Positions 51,466-57,423 of a stretch of 57,423 nt of DNA are shown piece after piece. Under the pieces are notes generated by a model that saw only the letters and a program-made list of their open reading frames with translations, was not told where the DNA came from and did not search any database. The stretch's first letter is position 1. Every line of letters starts with the position of its first letter. The stretch is from a virus, in the IMG/VR virus record IMGVR_UViG_3300045988_081621. The stretch is one strand, 5' to 3'. Made by a program: the position numbers and the translations under genes.

Positions 51466-51587
51466 TGTTCATTCTCCTGTTCTTTTATTAGACAATAATT
51501 GTAAGCCATACAGCCATTACAAGTCTGTCTTTGACACCCTTCCTCTAAATAATCCGCTCCATCTTCCATATATTCCGCTTCGCTCAT
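51462..51587 (-). CDS. Small Cys-containing acidic protein (41 aa)
   Basis: ATG at 51587 with AAAGGAG upstream. The stop overlaps the recA start. Confidence 0.35.
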   Translation of the reverse strand: MSEAEYMEDGADYLEEGCQRQTCNGCMAYNYCLIKEQENEQ

Positions 51588-51607
51588 TCTTCATCACTCC
51601 TTTATTT

Positions 51608-51829
51608 TCATAAATTGTCACGCATTTTTAATTCATTGAGCCATTCAGTTTCATCAATTTCATTCCAATTAACTGCATATTCTTCACCAATTCCAACAGG
51701 AATAAAATTACCTCCTAAATCTTCTGCGACTAAACAGGGCGAATAATACATATCAGAATTTACTTCTCCTAATATGTGCATTTTCTTTCCTGTGCTATGT
51801 TCATAATGTTTGCCAACTTCAAATATCAT
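51608..51829 (-). CDS. Hypothetical protein
   Basis: 73-aa ORF. Confidence 0.5.
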   Translation of the reverse strand: MIFEVGKHYEHSTGKKMHILGEVNSDMYYSPCLVAEDLGGNFIPVGIGEEYAVNWNEIDETEWLNELKMRDNL

Positions 51830-52116
51830 TCTTCATCACTCCAATCCAACCTCTGACCACAACCATTACAATAATCCAGTCGATAGTCGTAAAAGACATC
51901 ACCACAATCTGTTTCTGCGCACTCACCACAGCGGGGACATTTGTAAATCCATTTTCCGTCCCTGACTACTTTCTTCGGCATCTGTTTTTCAAGTGCTTGG
52001 ATTGCCATTCCATAAGCATTTTCAAAAGAACATCCCCATGAAGTATCACATGGAATTGCTTTGCCAAGTTCATTACAATCATATTTTAGCTCTTCAATAG
52101 CTTCATTCTCTGTCAT
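51826..52116 (-). CDS. Hypothetical zinc-ribbon protein
   Basis: 96 aa. Contains CPRCGEC...CNGCG. Confidence 0.5.
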   Translation of the reverse strand: MTENEAIEELKYDCNELGKAIPCDTSWGCSFENAYGMAIQALEKQMPKKVVRDGKWIYKCPRCGECAETDCGDVFYDYRLDYCNGCGQRLDWSDEE

Positions 52117-52117
52117 A

Positions 52118-52222
52118 TTATTTTCCTTTCTTTCCGGTTGTAATTAGTGCAAGTATAACAATTGATATTAGCATACTAAATGCACCTACAATTACACCTA
52201 AAATAAATGGATTAACATACAT
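52118..52222 (-). CDS. Possible 34-aa membrane peptide
   Basis: ATG at 52222 with AAAGGAGG upstream. Translates MYVNPFILGVIVGAFSMLISIVILALITTGKKGK. Confidence 0.3.
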   Translation of the reverse strand: MYVNPFILGVIVGAFSMLISIVILALITTGKKGK

Positions 52223-52243
52223 ACTTCTTTTCCTCCTTTAACT

Positions 52244-52687
52244 TTAATCTCTGTCATTCTCTTCTGTATACTTTTCTAACCAAGGTCTTTCCAAATCGTT
52301 TTGAGTATTTGTTCCTAATAAATCTGAATTGTCAAAGATGTTACCAATAACCTCTACTTCAAAACTGTGAAAGCTCCACAAATTCCACATTGCACCAACT
52401 AAAAATACATCTGATTTAACACAAATCCAAGAGAACCGATAATAGTTATTCTGATAAAAGACTGCGTAAAAATTACCATATATATCTCTAACAATGTCAT
52501 TCTCCCAAATCAGCTTGCCGTTTTTATCTTTCAAGCCTGTGCATTGACAGATTGTGGATTCATCATTTATAAAAGCCATTACATTTTTCTTTATATCTCT
52601 TATATAAAGTCCATCTAACTCTTTTACGATATTTCCTATATGCCATTCATTAAAATGTTTCGCCTTAAATAAATATCTATCTTTCAT
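52244..52687 (-). CDS. YopX-family protein
   Basis: 147 aa. CTGLKDKNGKLIWENDIV and VIGNIFDN are typical of YopX. Confidence 0.7.
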   Translation of the reverse strand: MKDRYLFKAKHFNEWHIGNIVKELDGLYIRDIKKNVMAFINDESTICQCTGLKDKNGKLIWENDIVRDIYGNFYAVFYQNNYYRFSWICVKSDVFLVGAMWNLWSFHSFEVEVIGNIFDNSDLLGTNTQNDLERPWLEKYTEENDRD

Positions 52688-52819
52688 ATCTTTCTAATTC
52701 CTCTAGAATTTTCTCAGCTTTAGCAATATGTTCGTTATTTTTTTCATACAATAAATTTATTATTGAAGAATAAAATTTTACTATTAGAAAATGAAACTGA
52801 AATCTAACTTTATTTATTT

Positions 52820-53044
52820 TTATCCTTTCTTATCTTTTAAATCTGCGCATTGGCAGATTGTGGTTGAATCTACTTCAATAGCATATATTTCAGCAGTCCA
52901 CATATTTTCTTCTATATAATGAGCTCTTAATAAATTTTCATTATCGTTTATTAAGAGTACCCATTTTCCTTCAACTTTAAATGGCACTCCTTGCACCCAT
53001 TCTCCGTTATCAAGTCTTTTTGCCTTGTATAAATATCTGTCCAT
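52820..53044 (-). CDS. Truncated YopX-like paralogue (N-terminal half only)
   Basis: MDRYLYKAKRLDNGEWV...ICQCADLKDKKG then a stop. It aligns with the first half of the neighbouring YopX and lacks the C-terminal half. Confidence 0.5.
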   Translation of the reverse strand: MDRYLYKAKRLDNGEWVQGVPFKVEGKWVLLINDNENLLRAHYIEENMWTAEIYAIEVDSTTICQCADLKDKKG

Positions 53045-53052
53045 ATTTTCTC

Positions 53053-53433
53053 CTATTCTGCTTCTGATTGAAGCCAATTAAGTAAATCGCCGTAACTGTC
53101 GTGTATTTCCTCTTCTTTCTCTGTGTCAAGATTATAAATCGACTTATAAGGCTCTTCATCCTTTTCAAAATCGCACATGTTATGAAGCCAATCTGCCAGC
53201 TCTTCATCCGACATATTCCTTATCCTGTCAGCATTGGTCTGTGTGTCACTTTCCACAATTTCAAAATATTCATCAATGAACTCCAATACAATTTTTAAAT
53301 TGTATGAGCTGTACCCAATGTTGTAGCCATTCTCACCAACATTTCTGTACTGTACGCTATAATAAGGTTTACTATCTATCATTTCCATGATAATAGACAA
53401 GTCGGTTACTCTTTCTTCTTTTACTTTGCTCAT
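53053..53433 (-). CDS. Hypothetical protein
   Basis: Start trimmed to MSKVKEE (GGAGGG upstream). Confidence 0.5.
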   Translation of the reverse strand: MSKVKEERVTDLSIIMEMIDSKPYYSVQYRNVGENGYNIGYSSYNLKIVLEFIDEYFEIVESDTQTNADRIRNMSDEELADWLHNMCDFEKDEEPYKSIYNLDTEKEEEIHDSYGDLLNWLQSEAE

Positions 53434-53636
53434 TCCAATGCCCTCCACATATCATTAGGTTTATTTATATTCCACACACTAGGTATTGTGTCTTTAACTA
53501 GACACAAACCCTTTTCATTTTCAATTTTCCCAAAAGGACAAGTTAGGCAGTCGTTATCCTCGCACACTGTCTTGATTATTTTCAGCGCAGTTAGAATGCT
53601 TTTTGTCTCTACCACTACTCCGTCAACTTCATTCAT
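53430..53636 (-). CDS. Hypothetical protein
   Basis: Start trimmed to MNEVDG. Confidence 0.5.
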   Translation of the reverse strand: MNEVDGVVVETKSILTALKIIKTVCEDNDCLTCPFGKIENEKGLCLVKDTIPSVWNINKPNDMWRALE

Positions 53637-53937
53637 TTTTTCCACCTCTCAATTCTTTCAGTTTTGCTTCTGCTTCTGATTTTGTAAGGAATAATGTTTT
53701 GCCAATTTTGTTTATGTCTGACAACTCAAATGTACACTTATCTATTACACATGGTGTTTCATTTGGAATCCCTAAGATGTAATAAACATCATCTCCTACT
53801 TTACAAGGTAGCTTGATAAGCCTGCTCTGCTTCTCTAAGTCCTCATATTCGGCAAGTTTATCAATTAACTGCTGATTTTTCGTCCGTATACTTTGCCTTT
53901 CGTAACCGTCTTTAGTTTTGATTGTTAATCTCTCCAT
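53629..53937 (-). CDS. Hypothetical protein
   Basis: 102-aa ORF. Confidence 0.5.
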   Translation of the reverse strand: MERLTIKTKDGYERQSIRTKNQQLIDKLAEYEDLEKQSRLIKLPCKVGDDVYYILGIPNETPCVIDKCTFELSDINKIGKTLFLTKSEAEAKLKELRGGKNE

Positions 53938-54329
53938 TACTGCTCCTTATCTGGAAGTTTAGCTAGTTCGCATACTGTACACATCTCACCAGTCCATGAT
54001 GTTTTTCCATGATTCCAAGCGTAAACTCTTCCATTCTCATATCTCGCAAAATGCCTTTTAACCCACTGGTGGATACCATTATACGTTACTAGTATCGGTG
54101 TATCAACTGCAACTTTTGACCAGTCGACGGATAGTTCAACATATTCGCTATTCGCCCATTTTTTTCTTAAGTCTCTACAAAATTTATTGTCATTAAACCT
54201 GAATAAACACTCTTTACATGTTGTTCCATGACACCTCATTGGCTCTGATGTCACTTTATTAACTGCTATTGAATCACCCTTACAAGCAATATCCAGAATC
54301 TGTTCTGCAAATTTCTCTCTATTTGTCAT
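53937..54329 (-). CDS. Hypothetical protein
   Basis: 130-aa ORF. Confidence 0.5.
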   Translation of the reverse strand: MTNREKFAEQILDIACKGDSIAVNKVTSEPMRCHGTTCKECLFRFNDNKFCRDLRKKWANSEYVELSVDWSKVAVDTPILVTYNGIHQWVKRHFARYENGRVYAWNHGKTSWTGEMCTVCELAKLPDKEQ

Positions 54330-54483
54330 AGTCTTTTACTCCTTTCCCATAATCTGGCATGTGTTTAAACCTCTCGTATGCCTTATTATCTCTGTGTTTT
54401 TCCATGTAGGCTTTTTGCCTATTATCGTTTGAATGCTTTATATGAGCATTTTGTGTACTATCATTATCCCATGCATACACCAT
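54322..54483 (-). CDS. Small hypothetical protein (53 aa)
   Basis: ATG at 54483 with GAGGAG upstream. Confidence 0.35.
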
Positions 54484-54497
54484 TTATTTTTCTCCTC

Positions 54498-54662
54498 TTA
54501 TAAATTATCAAATTCATTTTGTAAATATTCTTTCTTTTCATTTATCCAATCACTAAATTCTTGCTTTAATTCTTCTGAAGCAAGAGAAGAAATCGTACAG
54601 TAATTTAAAGCTTTTATATCCTGCATGATTTCTCCAGCTCTTTGATAATGCTCTTGTGTCAT
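54498..54662 (-). CDS. Small hypothetical protein (54 aa)
   Basis: The ATG at 54662 overlaps the upstream stop (ATGA). Confidence 0.35.
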   Translation of the reverse strand: MTQEHYQRAGEIMQDIKALNYCTISSLASEELKQEFSDWINEKKEYLQNEFDNL

Positions 54663-55216
54663 GCTAATTCTCCTTCATTATGATTTATATATCTACTATT
54701 TGATAGTTCCATTTCTGTAATTCTTTTATTCATTACTTTTTTCAAACTATTAAGCATTTCATATCCTGCATCCATTCTCAATTTTACTTTCTTATAAGCT
54801 CTTGAATATATTGCAAGTGTCATTGTTTCTTTCTGACAAGCTAATTCTGCAAGTGCGGTTTTATCTGCTACTGTGCCATTAGCTTCATTTCTATAAAAAG
54901 AATACACTTCCTGTCTTATAGCTTTGCAAGTATCTTCCTTAATGCCTAAATCTTCCTGTGCTGAACCTGTGAAATATAATATATTTGCTAATTCTAATAT
55001 ATGCTTCTCTAATGTATCATCAGTTAAAGAATTATTTTCTGTTAATTCTAATCGTATAACTGACATTTCTACATCAAGTGGCTTGCAATATTTATTTACA
55101 AGCTTATCCGATATTTCTTTGATTGTATCACTTATGCTATCCACTTTTTTCATTATAGATTCAGCAGTTTTTGGTTGTTCGTCATTTACTTTTATTCCTT
55201 CTCTACGACTCGCCAT
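54659..55216 (-). CDS. Hypothetical protein
   Basis: Start trimmed to MASRREG (GGAAGGAG upstream). Confidence 0.5.
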   Translation of the reverse strand: MASRREGIKVNDEQPKTAESIMKKVDSISDTIKEISDKLVNKYCKPLDVEMSVIRLELTENNSLTDDTLEKHILELANILYFTGSAQEDLGIKEDTCKAIRQEVYSFYRNEANGTVADKTALAELACQKETMTLAIYSRAYKKVKLRMDAGYEMLNSLKKVMNKRITEMELSNSRYINHNEGELA

Positions 55217-55667
55217 TATAATGTCTCCTTCCGTACTCTGCAATCAATAACGCCTCCGCCATCCCGTCATTGTCTTTCTTGCATCTGTCGGTGGCTTTTA
55301 AATTCACATTCGGGAATAATCTCTTGCATACTTCGATAGATGTATTTTTATCAGATGTGCAGGAAAATTCTTTCTTCCATTTCTGAGGTGTAACCAATTC
55401 ATAAGGTATGCCGTAGGCTTTCAACACACCCTGTATGAAGCCAAAATTCATACCAAAATTGAATGTGCTGGATACTCCTTGCTTAGGCATTGCATGAACA
55501 TGTTCCAATGTACATTTACAATAATAATTCTTGACTTCATCTAATATATTTATTAATGTAGTTTCATCAAAAACATATGTAGATGCACTAACAAATTGAT
55601 TATTCTTTAGTACCTGTAATACAGCTATCCCACCATTTTTTCCTGGGTCAATTCCTATATATATCAT
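55203..55667 (-). CDS. ruvC: RuvC-like Holliday junction resolvase
   Basis: Start trimmed to MIYIGIDPGKNGGIAVL. Later acidic residues (EHVHAM, DNDGMAEALLIAEYG) fit the RuvC fold. Confidence 0.7.
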   Translation of the reverse strand: MIYIGIDPGKNGGIAVLQVLKNNQFVSASTYVFDETTLINILDEVKNYYCKCTLEHVHAMPKQGVSSTFNFGMNFGFIQGVLKAYGIPYELVTPQKWKKEFSCTSDKNTSIEVCKRLFPNVNLKATDRCKKDNDGMAEALLIAEYGRRHYNGES

Positions 55668-55668
55668 T

Positions 55669-55944
55669 CTATCTCTCCTTATACCATTCAAATACAGCAC
55701 TATAATCACCTTCAAAATATTTATAAACACATTGAGTGCAAATTAGCTTATGTCCATTACATGATACAGAACCTTCTATATTAACTTTTTTACCGCATAA
55801 AACACAAGTATGTCTTATTTGCCCACTATAAGTTATACCATACTGTCCGAATACTCTTACATTTTCTTTATCAGCTTCTTCATTTATTTCTGGCAATTTG
55901 TCAAATAAATCCATAAGAGGAGTGCCATTGAATGTTGTCTTCAT
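55669..55944 (-). CDS. Hypothetical zinc-ribbon protein
   Basis: Start trimmed to MKTTFNG. Contains CVLCGKK...CTQC. Confidence 0.5.
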   Translation of the reverse strand: MKTTFNGTPLMDLFDKLPEINEEADKENVRVFGQYGITYSGQIRHTCVLCGKKVNIEGSVSCNGHKLICTQCVYKYFEGDYSAVFEWYKER

Positions 55945-55946
55945 TT

Positions 55947-56744
55947 TTATCCCACCTTTCTGCATATTCCTTTATAAGGGCAATATTTACAATTCTTTGT
56001 ATCTTCTGTTCGTGGGGGTGCTATCATTCTTTCCACATAACCTTCACATTCACTTATATAGTTCACAAGCCAGTTTTTCATATCCTGAGTTACTTCAAAC
56101 ACTTCCGGTACTTCAAGCGTACAGATATCTCTGTTTTCATACATTACAAAAGCTTTATCTAAATCAAGCACAGTACAATAACAGATTACTTGATTGTGAT
56201 GCTGTTCCAAACAGTGGTCATTCAACTGATTATACTTGAAAGAAACAACATTCTTGAACTCCCAAAGAAAATCCTCATTTGTAGATATCCTTCTTATAAT
56301 TCCATCGCATCTAAAAGATAAGTTTAATGTAGTATCTATAAGATGTGTTTCTGCTCCTTGCTTTCCTTTCACTATCAAGGATTTACATTTGCCAAACTTC
56401 TGTTTTTCTTTAACATATTCAGCAACATCAAGATATTTCCAATCGTATCCCATTTTCTGTAAATTCAACAATGCATTTTGTAATGCTTCATGTCTTGCAG
56501 TTCCTGTATCTGCCATTCCTGTTGAATTATATTCTACCACTTCTGGGTCTTGTGGTGCTTTCGTTCTTGTAAAATACATATTTCTCATACAGTGAAGAGA
56601 AGATGGTTTATAATAATTACTTCCAGTTCTTCTTCCTTCTTGTTCAGTTCTTTCAATACAACTCATAACATCCGCCAGAAACTTCTTATTTGCAGGAAGT
56701 TGTGGCTGATTGTTATTGATTAAATTTAATAATCGTCTGCTCAT
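55947..56744 (-). CDS. PD-(D/E)xK exonuclease with Cas4-like four-Cys cluster
   Basis: 265 aa. One N-terminal Cys (SSLHCMR), C-terminal CKYCPYKGIC, and a D...EFK nuclease core. Confidence 0.6.
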   Translation of the reverse strand: MSRRLLNLINNNQPQLPANKKFLADVMSCIERTEQEGRRTGSNYYKPSSLHCMRNMYFTRTKAPQDPEVVEYNSTGMADTGTARHEALQNALLNLQKMGYDWKYLDVAEYVKEKQKFGKCKSLIVKGKQGAETHLIDTTLNLSFRCDGIIRRISTNEDFLWEFKNVVSFKYNQLNDHCLEQHHNQVICYCTVLDLDKAFVMYENRDICTLEVPEVFEVTQDMKNWLVNYISECEGYVERMIAPPRTEDTKNCKYCPYKGICRKVG

Positions 56745-56757
56745 TTATTCCTCCTTA

Positions 56758-56925
56758 TTATTCAAATTGCTGTTCAAATATCTCTCCATCTTTAGATACT
56801 TTTATTTCCTTTATACAATGACCTTCACCATCTAATATATAAGTGACTGTATACAGAAACTTATTCATATAGTCTACTCTTTTTACTATTATATTCTTAT
56901 CTGCATAAATAAGTGAAATGTTCAT
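56758..56925 (-). CDS. Small hypothetical protein (55 aa)
   Basis: ATG at 56925 with GGAGAC upstream. Confidence 0.35.
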   Translation of the reverse strand: MNISLIYADKNIIVKRVDYMNKFLYTVTYILDGEGHCIKEIKVSKDGEIFEQQFE

Positions 56926-56950
56926 GTTTTTTAGTCTCCTTCCACAATAC

Positions 56951-57088
56951 TTTAATACTTATCACAAATCTCAATATTAGATTTATCACTTAATGTGTCT
57001 ACGAAAAATTCACATTCCATATGACTTTCATTTTCAAATAATATCCCTGCTGTATCATTTTTCTTATTCATTCTAACTACCATTAGCA
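56951..57088 (-). CDS. Small hypothetical protein (45 aa)
   Basis: ATG at 57088 with GGAGGAAC upstream. Confidence 0.35.
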
Positions 57089-57122
57089 TATTTTGTTCCT
57101 CCTTATATATTTATCACAAATC

Positions 57123-57314
57123 TTATGCTTCAGACACCCAACGCTCTACCTGCTCAAGGTTGCACTCGATATAAGAATCACATACATCACGAAAAACTGC
57201 GATTTTTTCAGTTTTTCCACCCCATGTATGAGTTTTAAATTTTACGAACCAAGCACTACGACTAGCCCATCCACACCAATATTTCTTTCCAACAACTAAT
57301 TCATTTGCTTTCAT
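57123..57314 (-). CDS. Hypothetical protein, first ORF after promoter copy 8
   Basis: 63 aa, preceded by CAGGAGGACATAAAA. Confidence 0.55.
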   Translation of the reverse strand: MKANELVVGKKYWCGWASRSAWFVKFKTHTWGGKTEKIAVFRDVCDSYIECNLEQVERWVSEA

Positions 57315-57364
57315 TTTTATGTCCTCCTGTTTTTTATGTATTTTGTTCTTTGTTTTATTATGTT

Positions 57365-57423
57365 TATATTGTAATACATAAAACTATATTTGTCAATAGT
57401 TTTTTATAAAAATACATAAAAAA
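57365..57423 (-). promoter_or_regulatory. Early-promoter cassette, copy 8 (identical to 1-59)
   Basis: TTGACA (57391-57396), 17 nt, TACAAT (57368-57373). Confidence 0.75.

Noticed and set aside
1-57423. The repeated 59-mers considered as a CRISPR array or other interspaced repeat locus
   Set aside because: - The copies are 2-25 kb apart.
- Each carries a perfect -35/-10 pair in the coding orientation and sits in an intergenic gap ahead of an operon.
- They are promoters, not CRISPR repeats.
- No CRISPR-like array exists in the window.
1-57423. Lysogeny module (integrase, CI/Cro-type repressors, excisionase, attP)
   Set aside because: - No tyrosine or serine recombinase-like ORF and no divergent repressor pair were found.
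- The HTH proteins present are small and co-oriented inside early operons.
- I cannot call the phage temperate from this sequence.

Overview
The window reads as a complete or near-complete genome of an AT-rich tailed phage with siphovirus-like architecture, probably infecting a Firmicutes or Clostridia-type host. This rests on hand reading and remembered family motifs, with no searches run. Every gene I can support, and both tRNA-type genes, lie on the minus strand. The first 59 nt and last 59 nt are identical, so the molecule is probably circular, circularly permuted, or broken at a repeat.

Gene order in transcription direction (high to low coordinates):
- 57314-49300: early recombination and host-takeover genes. 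These include a Cas4-like nuclease, RuvC, two YopX genes, RecA, a DUF4417 protein and a small ADP-ribosyltransferase-like protein.
- 49154-43611: small ORFs, a PD-(D/E)xK nuclease and clamp-loader genes (DnaX, delta-prime, delta).
- 43510-42065: small ORFs plus a SleB-type hydrolase.
- 41887-18577: one roughly 23-kb late unit. It carries terS, terL, portal, a MuF-like protein, scaffold, major capsid, connectors, major tail protein, chaperones, tape measure, Dit, Tal and a split tail-fibre gene. These are followed by a lipoprotein moron, the lysis cassette, and a terminator-punctuated accessory cassette after the lysis genes.
- 18462-5820: SNF2 helicase, replication initiator, helicase loader, DnaB, primase, two tRNA-type genes, an SSB-like protein and a family A DNA polymerase.
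- 5722-195: a 7-deazaguanine operon (unknown ORF, DpdA, QueF, QueC, QueD, QueE, FolE) ending in a sliding clamp.

Main points for follow-up:
- The complete GTP-to-preQ1 pathway plus a DpdA-like transglycosylase predicts deazaguanine-modified DNA.
- A 60-100 bp consensus sigma70-type promoter cassette is repeated eight times and carries embedded operator-like 10-mers.
- GATC is almost absent.
- The tail-fibre gene is split by two +1 shifts in poly(A) runs.
- One 101-nt tRNA-like gene has no drawable anticodon arm.
- DnaA-box-like palindromes and iterons are built into terminators and into a promoter inside the head module.
- The accessory cassette after the lysis genes is uncharacterised.

No integrase, repressor, CRISPR array or reverse transcriptase was seen.
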